From assembly GCF_009834535.1 (NCBI RefSeq), contig NC_045724.1, positions 7,254,001 through 7,318,000 on the forward strand: DNA of 64,000 nucleotides, read 5' to 3'. The position numbers and the translations under genes were made by a program. Shown here one piece after another: positions 50,020 to 63,641 of this stretch. The notes under the pieces are model-generated. The model saw only the letters and a list, made by a program, of their open reading frames with translations, was not told where the DNA came from and did no database searches. Every line of letters starts with the position of its first letter. Position 1 is the first letter of the stretch. This DNA comes from Camelus ferus (lineage: Eukaryota).

Positions 50020-50800
50020 GAACACTGACCCAGTTGATTGGCTTTCCTCCTAGAGAATAAACTCATCATCCACCAGCTCTTTAAACCAGAAAACTAGGGA
50101 AACGCAGGCCTCCTTTTCCTCCACCTCCTTCTTCCAACAAATATTATCAAGTCTCACTATTTTTACTTCCTAACTCCATCCACTTTTACCCCCTCCGCTA
50201 GCACTACCTTAGTGCAGGTCATCATTATCTACTGTCTGCATCATTGCAACAACTTCCTATTGGCTTCCCGATTTACCCACAGATCCCTTTAATCCATTCT
50301 TTACACTGATGCCAAGTTGATCTTTCTCATTTGAACATTCTCCTTCTAAAAATCTGTCTGGGGTCCCCATTGTCCCTGGATCAATCTTTAGCTTGTCCTG
50401 GAAGGCCCTTCATAATTGGATATGTATCTCCAGCCTCCTCCCTTAGTAACTCCTCGCCCGTTCCACTTACACACTCTGCGTCAGCGTATCGAATTACGTT
50501 CAGTTCCTGGAATGCACCTCCCATTTAACTATATTTTGCATAAATGCTTCCTCCTCCATGCTCCACATTCTAGTCCACCCCATCCCATTACTGTGCCTGA
50601 AATTCCATTTTTATTATTTAGATCTCAGCTTAGAAAGGACTTCTTCCAGAAGGCCTACCTCCCCACAGACCGCACATCCTTCCTGGGTCCTACCATCCCA
50701 GTAATCTCTACTTCCCTCATCAGAGCACTGAATCAAACTATAGGTCACTTCTGGACCTGAAATCCACTGGAATGTCATCTCAGTGAGGACCTGTGCTTCA
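50020..50800 (+). mobile_element. L2 relic
   Basis: ccagaaaactaggga...actatttttacttcctaactccatccac...ttgcaacaacttccta...cagctccactgg-like 3' motifs. Confidence 0.6.
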
Positions 50801-51989
50801 AACTTGCCTATTTTGCAAACAAATCAAGAAAATCTACATGAATGTCAACCTGACTTTGTACACCTTCCTGATCCTCTGCTTCCAGTCCCCATTTTTTGTA
50901 TTCTTTTGCAGATCACAGTAAATAGCTAATCATACCATCCTGTCTCATTCACTTTTCCCCTCATGCTCTAAGGCTTCTCCTTCAGTGGAAATGAATCCCA
51001 TGTACCTTATGAGTGCCCCAGGGCAAACAACATATGGAAAGGAAAATTGGCTTACTGCCATCAGAAACACAAACTCAGCAGATTTTTCTTTCCTCCTAAA
51101 TTTAACACGATGAAGAAAAGTGCTTACATCACCAAAGCTCCAGAGACCCCCAGGGAAATCACTGACAGCTGATTTCTCAATCTCCTCAGAGCACTGTAGA
51201 GGGCAAATGCTCCCAGTTACATGATCCACGCAGTCACAAACGGGTGAAAATGGTTAAAAATTATAAAATACTTTGTAGATATTCATTAAGGTATGTTTAT
51301 GATGACTATATTCTTATGTTAAATTTGAGACTGTTCTTCAAACACAAAAGGATGTGGAAACATAACCTCTTCCTCCTCCTCATTTGGGAGAATCCTTCAG
51401 AGGCACAAAAATTCAGCTTATGTGAGAATAAACAATGAGAGCAAACTTAGAGCAAACGGCATAGTGATCCTCTGGAATTCAAGAATGAAGGCAGCAGCAT
51501 CCAATCCCCTGGCTAACTGCATCTGCGTCCTCCCTGAGTTTTATCTCCAGGCACAACCCTTGTGAAATTTCATGACCAGGATAAGAACCAACTGGACAAT
51601 ATGTTGCCATTTGGAACCAGCATGCTGAGAGTTAAAGAAAAAAAAAAAATGCCCTTTGGATCCTAAGTTCAACAGCCCTTTTTCCCTCTAGAGATATCCG
51701 TTTAAGGTTGGTTGAGAAGGGTGTTGTGAAGGTCCAAGCTTCTACCAATACACAATTGACTAGATCTGCTAGAAGAAATTATTCATATTTTGGGAGAATG
51801 TTTGGTATGCCAGTATTTTTTCTGTATTCTGAAAGATAAATACTTTCAGAAATATTACTTGGGTATCTGGGAAGCACAATTAAGCACTTTTTACATGCAG
51901 CACAGTTAGCCCTGTGATGCGTAATTTAGATAGTGAGTAGTCTCCTCTCTCCACTTCTTTCTGTGATTAGAAGGAAATCGCACACTTAC

Positions 51990-52610
51990 AGTGCTCCATC
52001 CTGAATGACCTGGTGTTGCCTGCTTCTCCAGCTCCACCTCACTGCTTGCCCAGCCTGCTGTATCCACACTGGCTTTATTTCAATTTCTCAAAGCATCTGA
52101 GGTTCTTTCTTGGCTGGGCCTTTGCACATGCTGACCCTTCTATCTGGAAAGCTATTCCTTCCCCTCTTTCCCTGCTGGCTCCTTCATTGTCTTTGGATTT
52201 CAATTCAAAAGCCACCTTCAGGGTAAGGGTATAGCTCAAATGGTAAAGCGCATGCTTAGCGTGCATGAGGTCCTGGGTTCAATCCCCAGTACCTGCATAA
52301 AATAAGTAAATAAGTTAACCTAATTACCCCCTCTCCCCCGCAAAACAAACTAAAAAAAAATAAAAATCACTTTCCTGGAAAAGCTTTCTTTGAGTATCTC
52401 TTTTCTTCTCTCTTACTATTTTCTAACATAGCTCCCAGTTTTTTCTTTCATAGGGCTCATGATTATCTGTTTTTTGACTCTTTTCTACTAGGCTATAAAC
52501 ACCCTGAGGACAGAACTCACATCTAACTTGTTTATTGTTGAATCCCCAGTACTTGCACAGGGCCTGGCACATCCTAGGCTCTCAATATGTATATTATTTG
52601 TCAAATGAAT
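51990..52610 (+). mobile_element. L2 3' relic split by a SINE
   Basis: gggcctttgcacatgctgacccttctatctggaaag...accctgaggacagaac...cacagggcctggcacatcctaggctctcaat. Confidence 0.65.
52221..52362 (+). mobile_element. vic-1-type SINE inserted in an L2 relic
   Basis: Head plus acctaattacccc tail; degenerate TSD aaaa..cac.ttc. Confidence 0.88.
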
Positions 52611-53139
52611 ATCTGAAAACAAGGAATGAGAAAATATATAAGGACATTGGTTCTATGAATGAAGTATTGCTTTAAATGGTTTTATTTTATTAATCTCAAA
52701 TGTCGACATACATGTTAAAATATTCATATAGCATCATTATTATATATACATAGATACTCAGAGTACAGTAGTAGATTTAAGACCATTTTAAGTAGTTTCG
52801 AGGAGCCTCAGTTCTCCAATGATTGGCGGCCACTGAAATAATGTAGAAGTTTGGGAAGTTTGTGTTAAATCTTGCTTATGCTATAACATACCCTAGAAAT
52901 TGTCTTTTTATCCTTTCACTCATTTTTAAGAGATCTTTGGCAATAACATTTTTTTCCTGAGATTTTTTTTTTTAAAGCATAATGTAAATCTTCTGTCTTC
53001 AAAAATTCCAGTAAATTCAGGCAGGTAGCTGGTTCTAATTAATTGAGGATTTCTTGCACCTAGCAATCACTGAAGTCTAATTGTTGCTTTTCTGTAATTC
53101 AATTTTTGTATGCAGATGCCTTATTTATTCATGCATCTT

Positions 53140-53600
53140 TTATTTAACTCCTACCCAATGCTGTGGAGACAAAGAGGAGCCCTCTTTAAAGTAGTCCTTG
53201 TCCCAACGGGAAACATACATCAATAGCTAGTTGTAATTCAGTGCAGTTCAGGGAGGGAGTTATGCTCCCAAGAACTCCCTCACCCAAGCTGAGGGCATCA
53301 GAGATGGTCTTCTGCAGGAAGTGGCACCTGAGCTGGAACTTAAAGGTGCACAGAACAAAGCTGGGAGACTGAAGAGGAAGAGCACAGCCTGTAACAAAGG
53401 CACTGAAACAAGCAGCATTCCACCGTGTTCCAGGAATTACAAGCAGTTCAGTGTTCCCAGAGCACAAACTTTGGAGGAGTGGAAACTGTTGGAGCCAGAG
53501 AGGTAGGCAGGACCAGATGCAGCAAAAGGAGCTTGTACTTTATTAGGGAGCTTGGACTTTACACTCTAGGCCGTGGGGATCCTCCAAAGGGTTTTGAGGG
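53140..53600 (-). mobile_element. L2 relic
   Basis: cagagatggtcttctgcaggaagtggcacctgagctgg...ggagcttggactttacactct. Confidence 0.65.
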
Positions 53601-54519
53601 AATTGTTAATAGTTAATCTCAAAAAAAAAAAAAAAGAAAGAAAGAAAAGAAAAGAAAAAGTTAATCTCCAAGAACATGTGAATTGAAAAATTTTATGTAA
53701 ATTACCTTCCATTTTTACACTACTAGCAGTTGGAATAGACATATCATAAACAAAAACTTCAAAGGATTCACAATCTGGCACTCTTTTAATTGTGTTTATG
53801 CCAAACAATTGCCACATCAAAATGGATGTTTAAAATGAATAAATTTGATATTGTGAAGGAGTCCATCTTTAGTCCTGATGTTTATTAAATAGAAAGATTC
53901 AAAAATCATCCAATTATTNNNNNNNNNNNNNNNNNNNNNNNNNNNNNNNNNNNNNNNNNNNNNNNNNNNNNNNNNNNNNNNNNNNNNNNNNNNNNNNNNN
54001 NNNNNNNNNNNNNNNNNNNNNNNNNNNNNNNNNNNNNNNNNNNNNNNNNNAACAGCACAACTGAGCCTTTGTTAGATGCACTGTGTGTGGTGCTGCTGTG
54101 GACTGGGGCTTTTTTTTTTTACATGTTACAGTTTATTTTCATGAGCTATTCTTCATAACTAGCATCACAAAGTGCTTCATAGAGTTAATAATAAAGCTAG
54201 TAAACCTCCACAATAAAGGAATTATGTTAGCAGTGATGACTGGACAAGACAATAGCTTAGAAAACATTGTATTAAGAAGGGAGAGGAGAAATATGATCCA
54301 GCTAGCTCAAGAATTAAGGAGAATTCAGGGCAGCTAGCTATAATGGAGAGGCCATGTGAAGTCATGGAGTCAGGAGACCTGGATTTCGGTACTGATCCTG
54401 TAACTTACCATCTACGTCTTTTAATCTCTCTGTGCACTAATTTTTATCATCCAGAACATGAAAAGGTTATACTTCATAGTACTTAAAGTCTCATTCTATT
54501 CTAAAATATAGGTTCTAAA

Positions 54520-55330
54520 AGTTTAAAGTATCACGAGCTTAGTATATGCTCCAGGACAATTCTCAGTGACAGTGTCAAAGAACAAGGCAAGACCCCTGTT
54601 CTCACAGAGCTTAAATTCTAGGAGGGAGGAAAGACAGAGAGAGAGCTCTAAATAAAATAATTGTAGTTACTAGCAAGTGTGATGAATAAGGCAGGATCAT
54701 ACTCTAGAGAGGAACTGGGTGGCCTGGAGGCCGCACTGCAGAGATGAGCACGGAAAGGCTGAGATCCGAAGACAGAGAAGAACCCGATGTGTGAAATCCA
54801 GGAACCAGGCATTCCTGATGGAAGGTACATTGCAAAGACCTGGGTAAGGAATAGGCTAAACTTCCTTGAGGAACACAGAGAAGCCAGTGGGGTTGGAATG
54901 TAGAAATGAGTAGAAGGACAAGAAAAGGTATAAGAACTAGGTCATGCGAATCCTCATAAGTCATGGTAAGGAATTTGAATTCTTTTATTTTTTTTTTTCT
55001 GGTGGAAGGTGGGAGGTAATTAGGTTTTATTTTTAGAGGAGGTACTGGGGATCGAACCCATGATCTCATGCATGCTAAGCATGCACTCTACCACTTGAGC
55101 TAGACCCTCCCCCACCCTAGGAATTTGAATTTTATTTTAAGTGCAATGGTCAGCACTTGGAGGGCTTTAAGCTGGAAAGTGACACGATCTAATTAAAAAA
55201 GAAAAATCATGTTGGCCATTATGTTGAGACTCGATCACAGATGACAGAGTGAAAGCAAAGAAATCAATTTCAGAGGCTATTGTAAAATGCCAGTTGAGAG
55301 CTAATGGTAACCTGGACTGAGACGGAGAGG
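54520..55330 (-). mobile_element. L2 relic split by a SINE
   Basis: gacccctgttctcacagagcttaaattctag...ggaatttgaattt[SINE]tattttaagtgcaatgg...ggctattgtaaaatgcc. Confidence 0.65.
54982..55118 (-). mobile_element. vic-1-type SINE inserted in an L2 relic
   Basis: Reverse-complement consensus; TSD aggaatttgaatt. Confidence 0.9.
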
Positions 55331-55745
55331 GAGAGGCCTAAAACGTGTGAGTGGTGATGTAATGGTCTAAATCCTTATATTTAAGTGTCTTCAGTGTTAA
55401 TGTGATGCTTTAGAAGCTGACTCAGATTAGCTCGAAATTTGGTAAACTTGAGTTAAATTCAATGAAAAATGAAGGAGATCAGCTAAGATAAGCGTTATGC
55501 CAAATAAATGTCATTTGCTCTGAAATTCTTGTACTGAATATGGTGCCACGCATATTGAGGATTTACGCTCAGGGTTACAAATAAGTTAAGGAGAAATGGT
55601 ATATTTGGAAAAAGAAGTCAAGTATTGTTAGGATGGCTTGATGACTAGCAAAGATTCCCAGTAGGCACTGCTGTCCAGTTCTACTTAAAAAATACATAAG
55701 TTTATTCAACATTCTATTTTGTGAAGCATTAGAGTAGATATTTTC

Positions 55746-56260
55746 TTTTTTTTAATTTTGTCTTTTAATGAAGTGTAGTTAATTTACAATGTTAGTTTCA
55801 GGTGTACAACAAAGCGATTCAGTTGTGCATATACATGTATATATATGTTTTCTTCAGACTCTTGTCCATTATATATTATTAAAAGAAATTGAACACAGTT
55901 CCCTGTGCTATACAGTAGGTCCTTGTTGTTTATCTACTCTCTGTATAGTAATGTGTATCTGTTAATCCCACACTCCTAATTTATTTTCCGTGCTCCCGAC
56001 CACCACCACTTTTCCCTTTGGTAACCATCTATGTCCGTGAGTCTATTTTTGGTTTGTAATTTTTTTAGATTTCACATATAAATGATATTATATGATCTCT
56101 GTCTTTCTCTGAGTTACTTCACTTAATCTGGTAATATCTAGGTCCATCCATGTTGCTGCAAATGGCATTATTTCATTTTTTATGGCTGAGTAATGTTCCA
56201 TTGTGTATGTATATATCACATCTTCTTTATCTGGTAATCTGTCAGTGGACATTTAAGTTG
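55746..56260 (-). mobile_element. 5'-truncated LINE-1 (3'UTR plus ORF2 end)
   Basis: gtttcaggtgtacaacaaagcgattcagtt...ccctgtgctatacagtaggtcc...ccatccatgttgctgcaaatggc; perfect 17-bp TSD ttagagtagatattttc (55729-55745 and 56261-56277). Confidence 0.92.
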
Positions 56261-57489
56261 TTAGAGTAGATATTTTCAGAGGATGGTCTCCTTACTTTGG
56301 ACAAACTCTCTTTTGAGGGAGCTAAGGAATATAGGCTGTTATAACTGCCTGTTTCTTATTTAAAGACATCAGCATGCTATATCAATATGTATAATATAAA
56401 CATAGGCACTGCCTAAGTTTTAAAAAAAAAAATATCGTTTGCAGTCTGCTTACTTAAAACTCAGGAATCATTTTCCTGTAGAAACAATGTAAGCTCCCAG
56501 GTCAGCCCACAAATATCTGGGTAACCATTATGCAGTCAAATAATAGTGGTACCATAAGTTAAAATTACAGGATGCATAAGGGCCCCCTTATACAAGAGGA
56601 ATGTGAAGAAGAAAAATATTTCCATACTTTCTCTGGATATAGGCATAACTCTGGAAAATTATTTTGCTGTACAGTAATTCTGGGACTCTACCATCTCCTT
56701 CTCTCTAATTTTCTGCCCTGAGAGTCTCTGCTCTCTGATCACTTGGCACTTACTAGATGATTAAACCCAATTTGCATAGTCCCTAAATTGCCCTTTATCC
56801 TCAGATTACCTGCCTCCTCTCTTTGCCAAAATTCTTTTTTTCTTTGGCATCATTTAAAAGTTAGGAAAGCAATCTGATTAAACAGTATATTAATCTATAA
56901 ATGGCTGTTAAATAAGTAAACTTCAGAACTATGTGCACCTTAAACATGATTGCCTAGTAACCCAAGTGAATCCCTAATTGATGTAAATTCAGGCAATCTA
57001 ACAAAATAAAAGCATTTACATGATGTGGGGTAGGATATATTGAAGGGAAAACTGAATAGAGGCACATAAATTTTCCTGTTTTCTTTTTTTTCCAGAGCCT
57101 CAGCCTCTGGAAGAGTTCCATATACAAATCCCCTCCTGCATTTTGCCCATTAATCTTTATTACAGTATCAGTGAGTGGGTGATATTCTCACTTAATAGAA
57201 GAAATTGATATGTCTCTACTCTTCAAAGGTATATTTGATTAAAATTTCCTTAATTAGGATTCTGACCTCAGAATACATCTCTGGTGAGCTTGTTGCCTGA
57301 GCAAAGCTAAGTATCAATCCCTCACATCATCTTAAAGTTACCTTTTTCTCAGCATTCAGAAAGTCCTTGAAATCTTTGATGTTTTCTGTAAAGTTTTTCT
57401 AGGCTGATCAGAGAACAGTAATTGTTTACATGGTGTCACTCCGTTTGGACCTGAAAATGCCTGTGGCTGTGCCTCCTGTTTGGTGAGAT

Positions 57490-57960
57490 GGGGTGGAAAG
57501 AGTTCCAGACCAGTTTTTTGTACTCGCTCTGTCACTAATTTGAGCAAGTCACTTCCATTTTCTGTGTCTCTGTTTTCTCATCTAATTGGCAGGTGGATGA
57601 ATATTTGTATAATGCCTATCTCATCTTCTCTACAAAACTGGCGTCTGGAACAAATGAGATGATGTATCTGAAAACTCTGAATAAATACAAAGCACTGTGA
57701 TTCTAAAATACGGCTCTCTGTTGAACTCCCACTATGTCCAGGCACTGTGCTCAGTGCTTTATATGATCTATGTTATTGAAGAAACAAACAAGAAGGTATC
57801 ATTAACCCCATTTTACAGAAGAGAAAATAAAGGTTTGGGTCGGTTAAGTGTGAAAGGTCTGAAGGATGCTGTCACTAAACTAGTCACATCGCAAGAAAGT
57901 GGTGAAGCTGGGCTATGAGCCCTGGTCTTTCCATATGCAATGCTCATCTTTTCACCACTG
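57490..57960. mobile_element. Two adjacent MIRs in opposite orientation
   Basis: + copy: ctctgtcactaatttgagcaagtcacttcc...gatgtatctgaaaactct. - copy: ccccattttacagaagagaaaat...ggttaagtg...gtcac. Confidence 0.7.
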
Positions 57961-58474
57961 GATTATACTGCTACCCATTCTATACACGCAAGTCAGTATT
58001 ATCTGCCTCATCCTTTTTTATGAACCCTAAATACCCTTATCGCTCATACAGACATTCTAAATCTAAGTTACTAGCTTATAGTGACTTACTCTACTTATTT
58101 TGCGCTTCATACGTTACACACCAGTGTATTCTGTAAAACTGTAAACTTCTTAAAGGCAAAGCCCATTTCCTTTAGTGTTCTCGGATGGTCCTTAGCAATC
58201 ACAAAACAAGTCATCCTCGCAGGAACAGCTGAGTTTTGTTTACTGTTTCTAAAGCGGCCAGGTACAGGACGGCTAGCTACCAAAAGATGTTCAGATTGCG
58301 CAAAGATAATTATAAGAGTTGCACGTGGACAGAAAAAAAGCTGTAAGTCATATCCTGAAAGAGGCTTAGAGTTTTTTGTGTATGTGTATTGTATGAAGAA
58401 TTAGACTCACATTTCAGAGAAGTGCTCAAAATTCAGCAGCCGGGACTAAAACCATTAAAAAATAATACATTGAA

Positions 58475-58585
58475 GAGGGGTGTGTATAGCTCAGTGGTAG
58501 AGTGAGTGCTTGTGTGAGGTCCTGCATTCAGTCCCCAGTACCTCAATAAATAAACCTAATTCCCTCTCCACTCCATTGGAAAAAC
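58475..58585 (+). mobile_element. vic-1-type SINE (diverged)
   Basis: tatagctcagtggtagag...ccccagtacctc head, acctaatt tail; TSD aatacattgaa. Confidence 0.85.
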
Positions 58586-60706
58586 AATACATTGAATAAT
58601 TTCTTCTTAGGAGCTGAGTTTGGTTCGTATCTGTCTGTATAGTAGATTAAGACCAGGTATTTTTATCCCTCTTATGCAGATATGAGAGACAACGCAGACT
58701 GTGCACAAGTTATGCCCTTCAAGGTGATGAATAATTGTGGCCAGTCTTGGGCAAGAAGTCAGGCATCCCAAGAGTGGAATTTAAAAAAAAATGAAGTCAA
58801 CTTCTGAGCCACACAGAGAATACCTGTCCACACACTCTCTTCTGAGTCTCTGCGACCACAGAAAAACTCTGGGGGAGGCAATGTGAACAGAGAGCCTCTT
58901 TCTAGCCTCTGAGAGTGAGTAATTCTTCTACCCAATATAACTTTATGAAGGTCACCTCCCATCTTCGGTTTTCAAGTGGAAGCAGACAGGAAAGTGTTTT
59001 GAGGGGTCATTATGAGAAAGATTCAGCTCTTCTTGTTTAATTTTACCTCTTCCTTTTCAAAAAATTATCTTGGGGCAGTAGTTGTCAAGACCATCATGTG
59101 TCAAGTATAGTCGGTATCTAGGGAACCACTGTTAGGTACTTCCAGAATGTTATTCTCTAAGAATAAAATCAGAAAGTATAAAAATATATTGGATGAGACT
59201 TGTCTTCTCTAGAGGAGACAGATCCTAATTGGATGCCTGAGGAAACTGGGACCATCCGAATCTTATCAGGGTGACTGCTTACTCTTAGGCTCTGGTCTGC
59301 CTGTAAGGTGATCCAGAGAAAGTGAAAATCATCACTAGGATCACAAAGCCAGACCAAGACAAAGTGGTTGAGAAAGTCAAGAGTGAGAGGGGATGAGTTC
59401 TGAGGTCACTGTTTATTACGTCCTGTCGAAACTAAACAAAATTATTAGCAGGAGGCAAGAATCTAGGCAGTGAGGAGACCAAACCCATCCACTTCCAACA
59501 CTGAAAGCTGGTAGGGTTCCCCCTGCATTGCCCAGGACAAAGTCATTTGCTCTGCCAGGCACAGTCCATTCTGGTCCTGGAGGACAAGTGTACTCTGTTT
59601 CAGTGAAGGCAGGAGTAGTTCACTTGGCTTTTTTTCTGGTCTGGAAGAAGTATCTCATAAGACTGGCACTTTCCCCTTTTTCCAAGTCCACATACGAAGA
59701 ATGGTCCTTTGATGTCAAATTTTACTTCCTGTTTAAGGCAGGACTGGATAGAAATAGCAAGGTCTTTGAACACATCTATGTATTTTATCATTAATTAATA
59801 CATTTTGTTTTATATCTCGAACATTTGTAATAATGTTGAGGTTAATGATTGTGCCTAGTAATCTTGTCAGCTCAAGTTCATTTTCGAAACCAACTTTCTT
59901 GGACACACCTAGACTTATCTGGACTAGACAACTTTTAAAACAGGGGACGAGAGCAGAATAAGACAAATCAGTTGGTCAGCTGGCTTTTCTCTCTGACTCC
60001 TTTACGCCCTACTGATGTAGCTTCACCAGCAGGGAGGAGATTTTTGTGGTTGATTGTGGAAGTGCAAGATTTGCACTTCAGGACTGAAGACCAAGAAGTG
60101 GCAAATGCTACAGGCGACGGAAGTGACAAAACCATCTCAACTCCAAGCATCTGGCTTTTTGAAAACATTTGTATGAGAGAGAAAACAATTTCAAATTGTA
60201 TCTATTCTGAATAGCATTTAACATAATTACAGACTGAGGAATGCAGTCATTCTTTAAGTTACATGTGTCTCTTTTCTATCAGGCATCGTGTGTGATGACT
60301 GGAAATCCAGACTGAAACATGTCATACAAATAAATAACTAAAACAATCAGCTATGGATGAGAGATCATGTACGTGGCAGTCATGGCAAGGAAACACGCAA
60401 TCCCTGCCTGTGGGGCTAGAAAGGCTCCTTTTGAACTAGGTTTTGAGAAATATACAATGTTTGGCCCTCTTGATCTAGGAGGAAAAAGGGAATTCCATGG
60501 CAGAGGAAACGGCTAGTAAGTGAAGCCTAGAAGGTATGAAGCACGACTGGTTTGCACAGCAAACTGCAGGAATATTGTTGGAGCAATGGGAAGAGACAGG
60601 AGGTAACCCTGCTAAAGACCTAATCAGATGGGGGATGGGGTGGGGGATGGGAGAGGTTGTTGGTGACATTTAAAACAGAGAAACAATTTGATATTAAGAA
60701 AAGTAT

Positions 60707-60828
60707 GGGGTAGGGGGTAATAACTGAGTGGTAGAGCACATGTTTAACATGCACAAAGTCCTGGGTTCGATCCCCAGTACCTCCATTAAAAACAAAACAA
60801 AACAAAAACAAAATAAAAACAACAAAAC
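60707..60828 (+). mobile_element. vic-1-type SINE with (CAAAA)n tail
   Basis: Head with B box gggttcgatccccagtacctcca; TSD agaaaagtat. Confidence 0.88.
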
Positions 60829-61895
60829 AGAAAAGTATAGTTGTCATGACAATGAGGCAAAAGTGAGCAGGGGAAAGGAAGACCAACTGAGTCCAGGTCC
60901 TAAATTAAGGCAGTTGCAATGAGACTGGAAAGGAAAAGAGAATGGTTTGGCAGCTAGAATCAGCAGGGCTTGGTGACAGATTGTGTTTGGGGGCGAGAGA
61001 AGGAGGAACTAGCATAACTCCCAAATTACTGCCTTTCGAACACAGGGATCTTTTATTATATCTTTCTCTAAACCATTATACATTATTCATTGTGAGATTA
61101 AAGATGTGCCTGCATTGTGAAAACATCATTAGTTTCCGACTAAGGGAATCCCTAGATTAGAAACCCCCGCCCACCCCCATTCCTGCTTTTCCTGTCCATT
61201 CGGTGCTGTTCTCAGGAAGCTGCGGCTCCGAGCAAAAATACATACATATATATGTATACATATAATAAAACGGGTCTATTGTCCTAGAGAAAGAAATATG
61301 AAAGCTAGAATATACAATTAAACACATTTGGAATACATAGAACTAGGTGTCCATGGCTTCATCACAGACTGGAGCTGTACTGTGTGTGTGCCTGTTTCTC
61401 ATTAAGCAAAGAACTGGCTTTCAAGAGCAAACACGTGAAAACTTCTTTAGTTACAGGATAACCAGAAACTTGTGCTTGAAAAGTTAGATGTGTGTTAGCA
61501 AAATTGCATCCTGACTTTTTCTACTGGATGAAATAAACAAATACATATTATTCTAAGTAGAGACTCCATTCTCGTATTAAACAGGTTGGAGGGTTAAAAA
61601 GTTTATGCGACTACTATTTCTCAGGGTTTCATATGCTTTCATATCTCCCCTCTGTGTGGCCATTAGGGGAATATTCTAGCTTCATGGTTAGCCGGCTGAG
61701 CTCTGGAGTTAGACTGTCCGAGTTCAAACCCTGGCTCTGTCACTTATGTCATTGGCCACACCATCAATCACCCCTGTTATCTTGTCACTGACACACACGT
61801 GAAATTAATTATATCAGCATGATCTTTGGGTTGATCCCACTCCAGATGCAGAAATACTAGCTAGGACTTGACTTGAAGAAACATATAATCTAACT

Positions 61896-62066
61896 CAGCA
61901 GTTCTCAAGTCTTTTTGTTAGAATCTCCTGGAGGGTTTGTTAAGACGCAGATTGCTGGGCCCACCCCTAGAATTTCCAATTTAGTAGATCTGGGGTGGGG
62001 ATCAAAAATCTGCATTTCTAACAAATTCCAGGTGATGGCCTGGGGCCCACACTTTGAGAAATACTG
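61896..62066. mobile_element. MER5A-type hAT MITE
   Basis: cagcagttctcaa...gaatctcctggagggtttgttaa...ctgcatttctaacaa...cacactttgagaaatactg; perfect 8-bp TSD atctaact (61888-61895 and 62067-62074). Confidence 0.9.
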
Positions 62067-63641
62067 ATCTAACTGGAAAGGGAATTCATTTAGAAAAAAA
62101 GAGAAGAGAGATATAACAGTACTTAGAAAACACATGGACACAGTTTGTCACGATTTTGTTTAGGAAGATAAACTAGACTTTGGGAAATCCAGTGGCTGAT
62201 AAGCCGTTCATTTCACTGAGAAGCACTAATTTTGTTTTATTCCTAAAATGACCTTGAGATGCTACCATTCTAGGAATGTATCCCCATAATTAGAGTGTGC
62301 ATTAATCCCACTCAGAGAGACCCATTTACACCAGCTCACCTTTTCCAGTATTTCAGGGTTTTCTGTTTGAACCTGAATCAAACCAAACCATGAACCATTT
62401 AACTGGGATACACCAGGCTAATTTGTTGAACTCCCAAACTAAGTCAAATCCCAAATCTCCTTCCCCTGAAGTGTGAACCAAATGAAGGAGGGTTTTTTGT
62501 TTGTTTAAAAAAAAAAAAATAGTGAACTAGTTTCAATTAAAAACAAACATTTTGGGTTGTTTTTTTTTTAATGGCTGAAATGCAAGACTATTTCCTAACA
62601 TACAATTCATTCAAAACAAAACTCTGTTTAAGAGACTCTTCTAAGTAACAAGTAATTGACTAAAATGCTGAGACAGTAAATCCCCATAAGAGTCTGGGTC
62701 CCAGCAAGAAAGAGCATTCCACTCATAGGGTTCAAATCAAGACATTTTAAAGAAGGAACTCTTTACAGAGAGGTGGGAAGGGAGTTAAGAACAAGAGAGG
62801 AATGTCCAGGTACAGAAGCCCGCCGAAGCAGGACGTCAGTACCACCGGGGCCGGAAGAGGCTAAAGGACAGAGTGTTGAGTGAGCCCAGGGTGAAGAGGA
62901 AACATGGAAACGAGGCTGCTGGGCGGGTGATGTAGTCTTGGGGACCACCACCCCCTATATACAAATTAGAAGAGGGTTGCTAAATCAAGGAGGAAGTGGG
63001 GAGGAGATACCCCAGCCTCATGTCCGAACTCCACCGAAAATCACGCGTGGGGAGCTCCAGTTACTAATCTGCAGGGTCAGCTTCTCTGCAGAGCTGGGCC
63101 AGTGATGGAGAGCAGTGGAGGCTGGCCAGCGCCGTCGCCTTTTTAGTAAATCCATACTAGACGTTAGATGTATTAGCAACTGAGTTAACGCGTATGAAAT
63201 TCTTGGAAGAGTCCCTGGCGCGTAGGAAGGTTTACACTCTAAACGGTATCGCTACAGTCTTCGCCAGGTTTTAGAGATAAGGAAATAAAGCTCACGAACT
63301 TTAAGCAGCTCCTCCTCAGTTAACATCAGTAACAGAGCCCACACTCAAATCTGCGTTTTTAGGTTCCAATTTTGTACACGTTCTGCTAGGAGGGTTGACT
63401 GTAGCACCATTATAAGTATAAGGTAATGTGTTGCATGCATAATTAATTTTATAATTTATTGCAGGAAAAAAAAAGCGTCTTGATTCTCAAGACCCGACTA
63501 AAGAAATCTCGGACCAAATCAACACCTTATGAACGTATATAAAAATAAAATTTAAAAACTTATTTCCAAGGCAGTTCTACATATTCAATAATAGTAATAG
63601 TAATGGTGATATTAATAGTAATTGTTAAATTTTTTAATTGA

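Larger units (their letters stand above)
11802..54050. other. Ten N-runs: 11802-12149, 21518-21705, 22113-22262, 22682-22869, 23145-23292, 23346-23589, 26556-26702, 45614-45838, 49134-49304, 53919-54050
   Basis: Direct reading; lengths 132-348 nt. Confidence 0.98.

Noticed and set aside
52815-52830. Palindromic CCAATGATTGG double CCAAT box
   Set aside because: Single short motif with no promoter context visible; chance occurrence is likely in 64 kb.
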